This document shows positions 12,285-25,629 of a stretch of 64,000 nt of DNA, one piece after another. How positions within the stretch are numbered: the first letter of the stretch is position 1; every line of letters begins with the position of its first letter. This DNA comes from Felis catus. Taxonomy: Eukaryota. The notes beneath the pieces are model-generated. The model was given only the letters and a program-made list of their open reading frames with translations. It ran no database searches and was not told where the DNA came from. A program made the translations under genes and the position numbers. The DNA lies in NCBI RefSeq assembly GCF_018350175.1, contig NC_058368.1, positions 55,616,001-55,680,000 of the forward strand, in the 5' to 3' direction.

Positions 12285-13510
12285 ATGTATTTTTTAGTAT
12301 GCTTTATTTTTTAGAGTAGTTTTAGGTTCTCAGTGAAATTGAGTGGAAGATATAGAGATTACCTGCATATCACTGACCACACACATGCATAGCCTTCCCC
12401 TATAAACGTCACTCATCATAATGTTTTTTTAAAGCAAGGATAAACCAACATTGACACAGCAGTATCATCCAGGGTCCATAGTTTACCCTAGGGTTCATTT
12501 CTGGTGTTGTACGTTCTATGGTTTGGGGCAAAAGTAAAATGACATGTATCCACTATTACAGTAACATAAGAGTTGTTTTACTGTCCTAAAAATTCTGCTT
12601 TACAACAATCCATTCCTCTCCCCTCCCTAGCCCTTGGCAACCACTTACTTATTTATTATTATTTTACTGTCTCCATAGTTTGCCTTTTCTTGAATTCCAT
12701 ATAGTTGGAATCAAACAGAATGTACCCTTTACAGGTTGGCTTCTCTTAGTAATATTCATGTAAAGTTCTTCCATGTCTTTTCTTGGTTTGATAGCTCATT
12801 TCTGTTTAGTGTTGAATATTTTCCATTGTCTGGATATATCAGTTTTTCCATCAACCTACTAAAAAGACAGATTGCTTCCAAGCTTTGGAAATTATGAATA
12901 AAGCTTCTTTATACATCTGCATGCAGGTTTTTGTGTGCATACCTTTCCAACTCATTTGGATAAAAGCCAAGGAAAAAGATTTCTGACTGATAGGAGGAGT
13001 ACGTATAACTTTGTAGAAAACTGCCAATTTATCTGCCAAAGTGGCTGTGCTATTTTTCATTGCTACCAGAAATAAATGAGAGTTCCCATTGCTTCACATA
13101 CTCACCAGCATTTGTTGTTAGAGTTCTGGGTTTGGATGAATACGATAGGTGTGCAGAGTTTTCTCACTATTAATTTACATTTCCCTGATGACAAGTGATG
13201 TGAAAAATCTTTTCACATGCTTATCTGCCATCTATGTATCTTCTTTAGCTTGGTATCTCTTAAAGTTTCTGGTGCATTTTTTAACTAGGTTGTTAGGTGT
13301 TTCTTTTTTTTTTTCTGTCGAATTTTGAGTTCTTTGTATATTATGGATAATAGTCCTTTATCAGGTATGTTCTTTTGCAAATACTTCCTCTCCATCTCTG
13401 GCTTGTGTTTTCATTCTCTTGATAGTATCTTTCACAGAACAGAAATTTTTAATTTTAATGAATCCCGACTTATCAAGTATTTCTTTCTTGTATTGTGCCT
13501 TTGGTATTGT
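12285..13510 (-). mobile_element. Old eutherian L1 (L1MB/L1MC-type) 3' fragment
   Basis: 3'UTR agttttaggttc...aattgagtggaag and degenerate ORF2 C-terminus. Confidence 0.8.
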
Positions 13511-13588
13511 GTTTATAATTGTTTTTCAGCTACATTTGAAGAGAAATAATTTGAATATTCGTTTCCTGATACTCGTTTAAAAGACAGA

Positions 13589-14050
13589 TGTAGTCGGCAG
13601 AATAATGCCCCTGTCCAAGATGTCTGTATACTGATTCATGGAACCTGCAAATATATTACTTTACATGGCAAAAGGATTTTGCATATTAATTAAGATTCTT
13701 GATAAGAGGAATTTTCCTGGATTACCAAGCTCCATCATGTGATCACAAGGCAGGAAAACAGGATATCCAGTGTCAGAATGGTGCCACATGAGAGTGAGTT
13801 GACTGGTCATTGCCTTGAAAGAGGTAATGACCACAAACCAAGGAATTTATGTGGTTTCTAGAAGGTAGAAAAGGCAAGGGAACAGATTCTCCCTTCAAGC
13901 CTTTAGAGCAAAATAGCAGTGCTATAATTTTGTTTTGAGTCCACTGATACTCATTTTGAATTTCTGAAGTTCAGAACAATATGATAATGCATTTCTATTA
14001 TTTTAAGCCATTGCTTTTGTGGTAATTTATTATAGCAGCAATAGTAAACT
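13589..14050 (+). mobile_element. MaLR solo LTR (MLT1C/D-like)
   Basis: tgtagtcggcagaataatgccccc...actttacatggcaaaagg start; gtggtaatttattatagcagcaatag end. Confidence 0.8.
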
Positions 14051-14341
14051 ATTGGAAATGACAGGGAAATAATAGGAAATTATACTGAGAACTTGTGCAT
14101 AATGCCAGGATCTTAAAATCAGTTTCTATTTTCATTTGCCAATTTAAAAAATGTATTTCTTTCTTTTTTATTTCTTTTTTCAACCAAGAAGAGGTGATAG
14201 AGACAATATAAAAAATTTTGAAAACTTCAAGTTGAAGAAAAGACATCCTTCTAGTTAGCACAGATTAGTTATTTCCTAGGGAGATGTGTCTACCCATCTT
14301 TTTACTTCCTCCCTTTCCTTCCCTTCCCTCTTTCATCTGCC

Positions 14342-14549
14342 TTTTTTTAAAAAAAATATTTATTTTTAAGAGAGAGAGAGAGAGTGTGAGTGTGTGCCAG
14401 TGAGGGGCAGAGAGAGATGGAGAATCTCAAGCATGTTCCACACCATCAGCTCAGAGCCTGACAAAGGGCTTGAACTCAAGAACCATGAGATCATTAACTG
14501 AGCTAAATCAAGAGTTGGATGCTCAACCAACTGAACCACCCAGTCACCT
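14342..14549 (-). mobile_element. Can-SINE, older copy
   Basis: SINE body with (GA)n tract. Confidence 0.9.
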
Positions 14550-14858
14550 CTGTCTGTCCATCTGTCAGTCAATCTGCCTTTGTTTCTTCTATCTACCTAT
14601 CTCATTTATCTGTGGGGAGAGAGAGAGAGATGCTATAATTATTCTAAAATGGATTGGAATACATTTCTCAAGCATGGCATTAGTACTGGGTAAGAGTTTT
14701 TAAAACCCAGTTTATTTTAGTGATTGATAGCAAACTCTTTTGTGAAGTTGCATTCCTTTCCTCTAGAAGAGTGCTTAGGGCTTGGGTGTATTGGTAGTGT
14801 TAAACTGTAAACCCTAATATATATCAAGACAATTTTGAGTCACATCTGCATCACTTAC

Positions 14859-14927
14859 CATGGCACCCCCAACAACATACATTACACCAGACATAAATTT
14901 CAAGAAGACTGGATGAACTTGTAGGGT
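14859..14927 (-). pseudogene. Pseudo-exon, 69 nt: TLQVHPVFLKFMSGVMYVVGGAM (phase 0-0)
   Basis: Consensus donor atg|gtaagt; polypyrimidine tract ends in caa (presumed mutated cag). Confidence 0.45.
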
Positions 14928-15569
14928 TTGAGAACAGAGATAAATAAAGTGACTCTGAGGAATCATAATGGCCCCAGAGCCCAAGTTTGATATGATATAT
15001 AAACATATGAATAGAACATATGAATGTGACACATGAATGTGTCAGTTCGAAAGGTTAGTTTCCAGTAGAAAGGTCACAGAGGGAACAGTATTCACTAAGA
15101 ATGTATTATAAGATACAGATCTGTGTTTTCCAGGCTACTAGTTGCTAAAGACTTTAAAAATCATTCAACAGATTCATCATGTTCTGTGTTTATGCTTCTC
15201 AAGCACAGTTTAACAGGAAATCTAACCATTGAAATGTGTGTGGATTTTCCTGTGAGATAGCACCTCCTGATTATATCAGGGATTCTCTAATAGTCCAGTT
15301 TCTGAGCCAGTGAAAGTCAGGGTCATGAACATGGCAATTATGAATTAGTAAGGTAAATAGCAGTTGATTAAAAAAAATTTTTCAGATAGCAACTTGTCCC
15401 ATATACTACCATTTAGGGAAAAAAGTGCACCTAAAATGCCTAGATTTTATATATTCAATAAATAAGTACGAATTATGTATCTCAGTGATAAAGGGAAAAT
15501 ATAATGTCTCTCAGTATGTTAAGTTTTATCACATTTAGCAATTAAGTATTGTCTGTTCAGTTGCCATCA

Positions 15570-15960
15570 TTTTGAGTAGTAAGATTATACTTCATTTCAT
15601 TGACTTTGGACTTGCTACATGGCTTGCTAGGAAAAATGAAATCTGAACAAACATAGTATATAAGCTGTTCTTGAGCAGAGACTTTATGTATAATTATGTA
15701 GTTTGTCTCTGTCCATCCTACCTTTGAGATATTTGTTATTTGCCAGGAAAAAAATCATTCCCCATATTCTGAATGTTCCTTCAGCTGGGGACCCAGAAAT
15801 AATTAGAAGGCACATGTTGCCCCGTAGAGCCCTGCTGAGGCCAACTGAGTCCAACTAGCACAGCAAAGACCAAGGAAACCTGTAACTTTATGTAATGTGA
15901 TGAAGAAATAAATGTTTGACTTAGCTACTAAGATTTGGGGGTTTTGTATGCTGAAACATC
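15570..15960 (+). mobile_element. Degraded MLT1-type LTR
   Basis: tgactttggacttg... start and gaaataaatgtttg...ctaagatttggggg 3' motif. Confidence 0.5.
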
Positions 15961-15979
15961 AAACTTTCATATAGGTATG

Positions 15980-16680
15980 CCTTCTTAATATCTCCCGTGG
16001 ATGTCATCTGAAACTGATATGAGAAGTGAGGTTTTTTTTCCTATCCCAATTGATTCTTACTTATTGATTTTCATTCCATTAAACAGCACTAATATACAAC
16101 ATGATTGCTTAAGTCAAAAATCTAGAGATTGTCTTGAATTCCCTTTCTGTTCTCTAGCACTTTAATAGTAGTTAGCATCCCTTCCTTACTGAAAATAGTT
16201 TAATGACTTCCAATTATACCTTTAAGGATTTTTTTTTTCCATTAGCCTGCATCTTTGCTGTATATGTTACTACTTTTTGACTCACTAGGCTCTAGCCTCT
16301 GGCATTCTCCTGTTTTCTTGGCTTCATAAAGGTCATTCCTGTTTTATATGCATTGTGTGAGGTGTTCTTTGTCCTTAGATCCGTCCCTAATCCAGGTATT
16401 CTCAGCCTCTTTCTGATCATTCAGACACCTGTGAACTCAACAATGGCATTTTATGTATCCTAAAGTGGTCACCTAGTAAAATATTCTCAAATGATTCTAT
16501 TTTATTCTCCTCCATCATTTTCTTATCCACTCGTGTGTTATTAATTCCCTCTCACTTATTTGAATAATAACTCTAGGGAATACTGTTTAAGATGTGTTCA
16601 AACCTGAATATTCAGCACAGAGGACAGCACTTGGAATACCATAGACATCATTATGTATCATGAGTTAGTGAAATCAGTGC
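15980..16680 (+). mobile_element. L2 fragment
   Basis: Pyrimidine-rich L2-like body ending ...cagcacttggaataccatag. Confidence 0.45.
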
Positions 16681-17504
16681 TATTATATTGTACTGCTTAT
16701 AAGTAAAATCAGTACAATCCTTTTTAATGAAATGAAACAAAAATACTTGCAGGAAGATTGATAAATATTGTTTTAATATTGTAAAGAAAAAAATTTCTTT
16801 ATTATGTTTACAAAAATAATTAAGAATAGAGTTATCTTGGAAATAATTGTTTTTATATGCTTAATCTTTTGTTTTATTGTGACAATGACCTTTATCATTT
16901 TTAAACCTAAATATTTTATAATAAACAGTTATACTATTGCTAAAGATTCTCAATCTGAGAGGGCTCAATCTTTGACAAAAAAAAAAGACAAATGGAATAC
17001 CTATATTGTGTAACTCATTACATGATTTTCTGTTCTTTCAAACAATATACATTATAGTAACTCAAGAAAATTCAGCTTAGCAAATGTATATATTTGATAA
17101 TAAAAGTATAAATACGTATACAGAATAAACTTGCTGAAATTTATTTCCTGTATATGGGTTCTTTGATAACTATATATTTTTATATTTTCTAATAAATCTG
17201 TATTCACAGTTCCCCAAAATTAAGTAACTTGAATTTATTTAAAACAATAATCACTGCTAATCTAACTCAACTTCACACTTTCTATTATGAGAGTATTATA
17301 GGAATAAGTTGCTGGGAATATTGTTCCTTGCTATTAAATGGGAGGCAAAAGGTATAGCTAAACAAATACATTTAATCTGAGGTTCAGTTATATTTAAGCA
17401 AATAACTTTAACAAAAACAAAGAAATGAGTATTTTAATTCATCAAAATACTAGTTAGTTGTTTTATATTCTAACCAGTAGTTACATTAAGTTTTAGAGAT
17501 AGCA

Positions 17505-17743
17505 TTATTTATTTTATTTTATTTTTAATTTTTTAAATGTTTTTAATGTTTATTTTTTGGAGAGAGAGACTGAGCACAAGCAGAGGAGGGGCAGAGAGAG
17601 AGAGGGAGACACAGGATCTGAAGCAGGCTCCAGGCTCCGAGCTGTCAGCACAGACCCCGACGTGGGGCTCAAACTCATGAATCCTGAGACCATGACCTGA
17701 GCCAAAGTCAGATGCTTAACTGACTCAGCCACCCTGTTGCCCC
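17505..17743 (-). mobile_element. Can-SINE
   Basis: SINE body with long T-rich tail on plus. Confidence 0.93.
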
Positions 17744-18016
17744 AGAATTTTTAATTTTCTGATGACATAATAAAAAATACAACTATTTTGCAACTATCAA
17801 AGGAATTCAGTGTCAAGTAAAACACCTACAAAGTGTGGGATTATTTCATTAATTTATACAAATTTTAAATATACAAAATATCAAATACATATATTGCTTC
17901 TTAGCATAAATTCCAGGTATTTATGTATACATTTTAATACAAAAATATTAATATAATGTTTTTTTGTTCCCTTAACTTTGTTTCCAAAGCTTGGATTCCT
18001 AGAGACAGTTTCTTAC

Positions 18017-18075
18017 TAAGAGAATTGACTGAAATTGCCTATCTGTCACCCAAGTTAATATTACTGGTCTCTTAA
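18017..18075 (-). pseudogene. Pseudo-exon, 59 nt, phase 1-0: KRPVILTWVTDRQFQSILL
   Basis: atctag| acceptor, tta|gtaaga donor, open frame. Confidence 0.35.
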
Positions 18076-18787
18076 CTAGATCAGGGTTAAAGGACACATG
18101 TACACATAAGGAAACAATGGCTATTTAAATAAATTAAGGCTATTTATGACAGCTGGGGGCATTCAGAATGATTCTCTTCCTACCCTAATATAGAAACACT
18201 TTTAAAAATAATTAACCATACTATGGACTTCAAAATTTGCAAAAGGAAGGCTATGTACATCACCTAAATCTCTGTGAATTCAGAGAAGACTGGGGTAAAC
18301 ATTGAGATTGACTAATTGCATAGATTTTTTTTTCTTGGCTCTATGTACAAATTTTTCATTTAACCCTAAGAACTTTTGCTTGAATACTAAATTATATAAA
18401 CATATTTTCTAACCATAAAAATTTAATTGTATATATGTTATGTATTTAGAATGCTATGTCTTGCAGATCTTTAAGATGATGTTCAAAATGATATGTAAAT
18501 AAATGTTGATATATGTAATTGATTTTTCTGACCCGTGATGGTAACTTATGTGCACCATTTTATTGATATCATTGAATTCAAATATATAAAAGCTATTTAC
18601 TCTCAATTTATCTACTAAAGCCGTTGTATGTGTTTATTCACCATCTGGAATTGTCATGAATTTAACCAGGAATGACTCATATATTGTGTGTAGAGAAAAA
18701 ATTGATGATAAATGCCAGACCATTAGCTTACCCACAAAAGAGCTATTTTAATTGATCCTCCAAATTAATATAAATCTTCAATGAGTG

Positions 18788-19309
18788 TGTGATAGGTTAA
18801 GATATAGCCCCAAAACATGTCCAACCCTAATTCTGGACCCTGTGAATATTTGGCTTTAAAGGTAAAGGAGGCCTTGTAGATGGGAGTAAGTTAAGATTTT
18901 TTGAAATGGGGAAATTACCTAGTGTTATTAGTGTGAGCCTAACGTAATCATAATGGTCCTTTTAGAAGGATAGCAGCAGGACCAGAGTGAAAGAATGTTT
19001 TGTCAAACTGGAAGCAGAAAGAGAAAGCAATGTGATAAAAGGTACAAAAGATAGAGAAGTGACAACAGAAGCGGAGGTCAGAGAAATATGGGGGAAATAA
19101 GTCAAGGAATTCAGACAGCTTTTTAGAAGTTGGAAAGGCAAAGAAACATCTCTTAGAGCTTTCAGAAGGAGCAAAGGCCTGAGGATAAATTAAATATAGA
19201 CTAATGAAACCCAATTTGGGCTTCTTCCTCCAAAACTCTACAAGAAATTTCTGTTGCTTAAACCCCAAATGTGAGAATTTTTTATAGCAAAAAATAGTAA
19301 CTTAATACA
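18788..19309 (+). mobile_element. MaLR solo LTR (MLT1C/D-like)
   Basis: TG...CA termini, MLT1 motifs, 5-bp TSD gagtg / gagca. Confidence 0.85.
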
Positions 19310-19539
19310 GAGCATGAAATTATTTTGTTAAAATATCATTTATGATTTTGCTTCAGTTATAAATTACATAGTATAAAGTAAAACAACTGGATTCTCCAGT
19401 TACTTTCACAAACAACATAGAAATACTGTTGTTCTAGAAATATGACTAGTTTTGTTTTTCATTTTCTAGTAGGCATTCCATGTTAATTACATGTACTTTT
19501 TTGAGAATATTTTAAAGGAAACCTTTGCAGGACTTTTAC

Positions 19540-19602
19540 CTGTCATTTAAGAATGAGAAATCTGAGTAGCTTGTCATCCTCATGGTAAGTGTATCCACCT
19601 AA
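19540..19602 (-). pseudogene. Pseudo-exon, 63 nt, phase 0-0: LGGYTYHEDDKLLRFLILK*Q
   Basis: tctgcag| acceptor and cag|gtaaaa donor. Confidence 0.45.
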
Positions 19603-20650
19603 CTGCAGACATTTAAGCAATTATTTTTTATTATTTTAGAATGTGGGTTCATTCTCATGTAAAGGGAATACATGTTCACCATCGGAAATACTCTGAAAAT
19701 AAAAATTAATGGCAATAATGAGGTTTTTCACAGAAACAATCACTGTCTATATTTCCCACAATATAGCAATATAAAATGTGAATAATTCTACAATGATGTT
19801 TTAGACTTTGCAGTTATCACTAAATGATAATTCTTAAGCATACTTTATCATATATTTTAAGTGAAAATAAATGCATAGTAATCCACACATTACACTGTCA
19901 TAATTTATCAATTTGCCATAGATGAACACTTAGTATTTTTTATTAAAAATAATGTCATAATGTAACTGTAATAACACTTATTAACATAATTTAAAACAAT
20001 TAAAAAAACCTGCTAAGACCTATGTTTTAATGGTAACTATCTTGAAAATTCCTGAAAGTGGAATTACTGAGTTGAGTTATATATACAATTGTAAGTTATG
20101 GAACATACCTAAGAAGCTTTTCTCAGGAAACTTTAAACTTATTCTCAAGAATGCATTGGAATATTCATTTAATCAAAAACTTTAAAACATTTAGCAAAGG
20201 AAAATTTAAGCTCATACGGTGTCATGAAATCCAGTTATTTTAATTTGTGTTCATTGAATTGATGATATGGAAAATTTTGAAATTGCTTTTTGTTCTTCCT
20301 TCCCATTTCAGAAAACAAATACTCTGTTTACCTCTCCTTATTTATGCTCTAATATTTTTCTTGAACTAACTAACCATCTGGTATTTTTTTTATGTTTTGG
20401 ATGGGTGTCCAAATTATTTTGACAGTAGATTGTTGAACAGTTTTTCCAGCATACCACGGGGGTTCTACAGTCTGTTTTTTTTTATTTTTATCTCTGTTCT
20501 TTATCGATACCACACTGGTTTAATTTCATTATGAATTTTGTTATCTTTAATGCAAATGCTCTGATTCTAGCATTAACAATTTTAAGTAATTGACTATTCT
20601 CAACTGTTTGTAAGAGAATAAATGTGCTGAAAGAGGGCATAAAATTTTAC

Positions 20651-21006
20651 CTCAAATATTGTTTCATATTTGCTGAGTAACAACAATGCTGAAACCAAAA
20701 TTAACTCCTCTCTATATCTCATAAGCTTCCATTAGGTAAAAGGCATGGTTGCCTTAGTAGCTCAGGAACTATGTGTTCCCAGCTTATTGAACTCATTTGA
20801 TTAGTAGCTTCTCCTTTAACTGTAGTAGAAATTTCCTGGTGACTGTAATTAGCCAAGTTTGGATTGCATGTTCAACTTCCACCCAACTCTGTGAGTGTGG
20901 GTTTTTTTTTTTTTTTTAAGGCTTTGTTTCCTGAGCACAGTGAAATCATCACAGGGACTTCATCAAGAACACAGAATTTCATATTATGGTCAATTTGACT
21001 GTTTAA
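20651..21006 (-). pseudogene. Pseudo-exon, 356 nt, phase 0-2: LNSQIDHNMKFCVLDEVPVMISLCSGNKALKKKKKPTLTELGGS*TCNPNLANYSHQEISTTVKGEATNQMSSISWEHIVPELLRQPCLLPNGSL*...
   Basis: tttttctctaag| acceptor, gag|gtaaaa donor, 3 stops in 118 codons. Confidence 0.5.
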
Positions 21007-22125
21007 CTTAGAGAAAAATATTATTTTTATATTTTGTATTTCCTTATATCTAAGATGCTACCCATTTTAAGGCATATGCTGCATACTGTATATATTATTC
21101 TGCAGCTTTCCCCATCTGTGCGCTTGTATAATTTATAAATGTTTATATCAATAACTCTATTATCTATTTCACACCTGTATGATTATATCTCAGAATACTT
21201 ATTGATTCAACATCTGAAGGATATTTTAAATGTCTTTAATATTTTGTGATTACAGACAACACTGTAATGGATTTTCATGTTGTGAATCTGACACCATTTC
21301 TCTAGAGTACAGAGCTAGGGGCCGTGTTGCCCAAAGTGTATGCACAGTTTCAGTTTTACTAGATACAGAACAAATCCACCACAAATTGCTTTTGTCATTT
21401 ACATTCCCACTGGCAATGTATATGAGTTCCCATTGTTCCAGTGTCATGCAAGGCTGGTCCCATATGTTCTAGGATTGGGGAGATATTTATCAATGTCATG
21501 TAGCAAGGTGGATTTCTTTTGAAAGAAAAAATATATAAAACTATGGCTAGCAAGAGAATAGAAGGATTGGACATTTATCCATTTTTCACACAGAGTTATG
21601 CAAGGTTAAGGTTAGGACAGTTGTGGGACAGACTATGTGAGTTTATGTTCAAATTCTGGCACTCTCTGGATGTATTCCATTCCAAATTAGACTGGATGTA
21701 TGAGCAGTGAGGATCACAAAGATTATGTGGGTGCCAGAAAGTCTAGATCCAGTAAATGCTATCTTGGAGTATTAGTTTCCAATCACGTAGACCAATTAGG
21801 GGTCTTCGGGTAGGTATACTCTGACTAAAAAAACCAAAAAAAAAACACCCAACCTGATAATATAGTACAGATGATAGAGAATGATTTTAGTAAAAGAACT
21901 AAGGGTTATCACAATATACTTACTGAAAAAGATAAGGAGATTGAAACTTTTATATTTTTTAGTATTTTCTATTTATAATATAGCTTATACTTAGTGAAAA
22001 TTGTGATTTCAAATTTTTGATGAGAACTTTTTCAAAAAGTATTTTTCATATGCTTTTTTTATAAAAGTATGTCACATATTCAACAAATACTAGTATAATG
22101 TTTATTATATGACATTCACTAATTT

Positions 22126-22352
22126 TTTTTAATTTTTTTTTTTAATTTTTTTTTCAACGTTTATTTTTGGGACAGAGAGAGACAGAGCATGAATGGGGGA
22201 GGGGCAGAGAGAGAGGGAGACACAGAATCAGAAACAGGCTCCAGGCTCTGAGCCATCAGCCCAGAGCCTGACGTGGGGCTCAAACTCCCGGACCGCGAGA
22301 TTGTGACCTGGCTGAAGTCGGACGCTTAACCGACTGCGCCACCCAGGCGCCC
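22126..22352 (-). mobile_element. Young SINEC_Fc-type SINE
   Basis: 16-bp TSD tgacattcactaattt (22110-22125 / 22353-22368). Confidence 0.96.
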
Positions 22353-22431
22353 TGACATTCACTAATTTAAGTGCTGAGTTTATAATTAAAAACATAATTT
22401 TATTTTCCTTTGAGAAGCTTGCAATCTAGCA

Positions 22432-22434
<3 letters not shown>

Positions 22435-22473
<39 letters not shown>
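22435..22473. repeat. (TG)n microsatellite
   Basis: Uninterrupted TG run. Confidence 0.99.
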
Positions 22474-22476
<3 letters not shown>

Positions 22477-22654
22477 GGAGGGTGTAAATGTTTAAAAAAG
22501 AGAGACAATTCAGATTATGGGATGTGAAGGAAATGTGAAGGCAAAAAACATGGGTGTTTCAGAGTTTTAACAGGGTAGAAATGCAGTTTGGGTGGATTAT
22601 TGTATTGATATCCTTTTAAAAGTCAACTTGGAAGGAAGTTGGAGAGAGATCGAA

Positions 22655-23880
22655 TCAGATTGCTAAAATTTGCATGGAACCACAGAAGATCCCAAATAGC
22701 CAAAGGAATCCTGAGATAGAATAACAAAATTGGAGGTATTACAATGTCAGATTTCAAGATATACTGAAGAGTTGTAGTAATTAAAATAGTATGTTATGGG
22801 CACGTAAAGAGACTCCTGTATCAGTGGAACAGAATAGAGATTCTAGAAATAAACCCCACAGTTACACGATCAATTAATCTATGACAAAGGAGGCAAGAAT
22901 ATACAATGGAGGAAAGACAGTCTGTTTAATAAATGGTGTTGGGAAAACTGGACAGCTACATGTATAATATTGAAACTTTCTTACACTATACACCAAAATA
23001 AACTCAAAATGGATTAAAGTCCTAAATGTGAGACCTAAAATCAGAAAAATCCTAGAAGAGAACACAAGCAGTGAATTCTCTAATATTGGCCATAGCAAAT
23101 TTTTCTATATGTCTCCTAAGGCAAGAGAAACAAAAGCAAAATAAACCATTTAGATAATATCAAAGTAAAAAAGCTTTTGCATGGTGAAGGAAGCCATCAA
23201 GAAAATGAAAAGACAGCTTACTGAATGGAAGAAGATATTTGCAAGTTACATATCTGATAAGGGGTTAATATCCAGAATATAAAAATCTTCAGCAATTCAA
23301 CAGCAAAAAAACAAACAATCCAATTAAAAAAATGGTCAGAGGAGGGGTGCCTGGGTGGCTTAGTAGGTTAAGTGTCCAATTCTTGGTTTAGGCTCTGACC
23401 ATGATCTCACAGTTTGTGGGTTTGAGCCCCACATCAGGCTCTGTGCTGGCAGTACAGAGCCTGCTTAGGATTTCTGTCTCCCTCTCTCTCTGCCTCTCCC
23501 TGGCTTGTGTGCTCTCTCTCTGTCTTTCTCAATAAATAAGTAAACATAATTAAAAAAATGGTCAGAGGGCCCGAATAGACATTTTTCTGAAGAAGATAAA
23601 CAAATGGCCAACAGACACATGAAAAATGCTCAACATGACTCATCATCAGGAAATGCAAAAAAAAAAAAAAAAAAAAAACCGCAATGAGATATCACTTCAC
23701 ACCTGTCAGAATATCAGATTTCAAGATATACTGCAACAACAAGTGTAGGTGATGATGTGGAAAAAAAGGAACCCTCATGCACTATTGGTGGGGATGCAAA
23801 TTGGTGCAGCCACTGTGGAAAATGGTATGGAGTTTCCTCAAAATATTAAAAACAATTACTATATGATTCAATAACTACAC
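22655..23880 (+). mobile_element. L1 ORF2 3' fragment, truncated at both ends
   Basis: Degenerate ORF2 (kfiWNH..., KWCWENW, HFTPVR regions); no 3'UTR or polyA. Confidence 0.88.
23344..23548 (+). mobile_element. Can-SINE nested in the L1 fragment
   Basis: ggggtgcctgggtggct head; TSD aattaaaaaaatggtcagagg. Confidence 0.94.
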
Positions 23881-24065
23881 ATATATGTATATGTATATAT
23901 ATAAAATTAATATATACATATAAGTTAATTAATTGAAGTCAGATTTCTAGAATAACAGACAAATGGCCACATTATAAACAGTTCATTTCCTCACTTTGAA
24001 GTCATGAATAATATGGCTTAAAATAATGAATGTTAAAGTGATAAACACATCATGTTTGTGTGTAC

Positions 24066-24189
24066 CAGTTTAGTATTATGTATTATAGACTTCATATTTC
24101 TCTATGGTCATTGAGAATTTTTCAAATTTCTAGTCATCTTCTTTGAAGTAATCAGTCCATTCTCTATGTGTATCAAAGTGAAGTGAATC
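24066..24189 (-). pseudogene. Candidate pseudo-exon, 124 nt
   Basis: atattag| and ctg|gtacac; phase 2-0 reading IHFTLIHIENGLITSKKMTRNLKNSQ*P*RNMKSIIHNTKL fits its neighbours, but the frame is ambiguous. Confidence 0.3.
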
Positions 24190-25401
24190 CTAATATATAA
24201 ATATTTTCCAGAATGAAAATAGAAAAGCAGCATGTGATTTTATACTGAATTGGTAATAACAAATGAGGGCTTATTAAATATCAAACAAGCATTTTCTTTG
24301 AGGTCTATGACTATAAATTCAGTAGGTAAAAATCAACTTAGATGAGAAAGTAAGTTTAAAGAATGGGGATCCTCATCTGGTTTTAGAATCAAGATAATGC
24401 TGGCCTTATAGAATGAGTTTGGAAGTTTTCCTTCCATTTCTATTTTTTGGAACAGCTTCAAAAGAATAGGTGTTAACTTTTCTTAAATGTTTGGTAGAAT
24501 TCCCTGAAAAGCCATCCAGCCCTGGACTCTTGTCTTTTGGGCAGGATTTTGATTACTAATTTAATTTCTTTACTGATTATGTAAAGGGTCTGTTCAAATT
24601 TTCTATTTCTTCCAGTTTCAATTTTGGTAGTTTATATGTTTCTAGGAATCTGTCCATTTCTTCCAGATTGCCCAATTGATTGCTTATAATATTCTTATTA
24701 TTGTTTGCATTTCTGCTGTGTTGGTTGTGATCGCTCGTCTTTCATTCTTGATTTTATTTATGTGGGTCCTTTCCTTTTTCTTTTTGATCAAACTGGCTAG
24801 GGATTTATCAATTTTGTTAATTATTTCAAAGAACCAACTCCTGGTTTCATTGATCTGTTTTGTTTTTTGTTTTGGTTTTGGTTTTGGTTTCGATAGCTTT
24901 GATTTCTGCTCCAATCTTTATTATTTCCTGTCTTCTGCTGGTTTTGGGTTTATTTGCTGTACTTTTTCCAGTTCCTTAAGGTGTAAGGTTAGGTTGTGTA
25001 TCTGAGACCTTTCTTCCTTCTTTAGAAAGCTCTGCACTGCTATATATACTTCCCTCTTATGACTGCCTGTGCTGCATCACAGAGGTTTGGGCTGTTGTGT
25101 TATCAATTTCATTGGCTTCCATGTACTTTTTAATTTCCTCTTTAATTTGTTGGTTACCCCTTCATTTGTTAGTAGAATGTTCTTTAATCTCCAAGTATTC
25201 ATTGTCTTTTGAAATTTTTTCTTGTGGTTGATTTTGAGTTTCATAGCACTATGGTCTCAAAATATGCAAGGTATGATCTTGATCTTTGTACTTGTTGAGG
25301 GATGCTTTGTGTCCCAGTATGTGATCTATTCTGGAGAATGTTCCATGTGCACTCAAAAAGAATGTGTATTCCACTGCTTTAGAATGAAATGTTCTGAATA
25401 T

Positions 25402-25629
25402 ATGTTTGTTTGTTTGCTCATTCATTCATTCATTCATTCATTCATTCATTCATTTAGAGAGCGAGCAAGCAGTGGAGGAGCAGAGAGAGAGGGAGACACA
25501 GAATCCGAAGCAGGCTCTAGGCTCTGAGTTGTTCAGCACAGAGCCTGATGTGGGGCTCGACCTCACGAGCTGTGAGAAATGACTTGAGCCAAAGTCAGAT
25601 GCTTGACCAACTGAGCTACCCAGGGGCCC
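25402..25629 (-). mobile_element. Can-SINE in the host L1, tail converted to (TTCA)n
   Basis: SINE body; flanking tgaatatat duplication. Confidence 0.93.
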
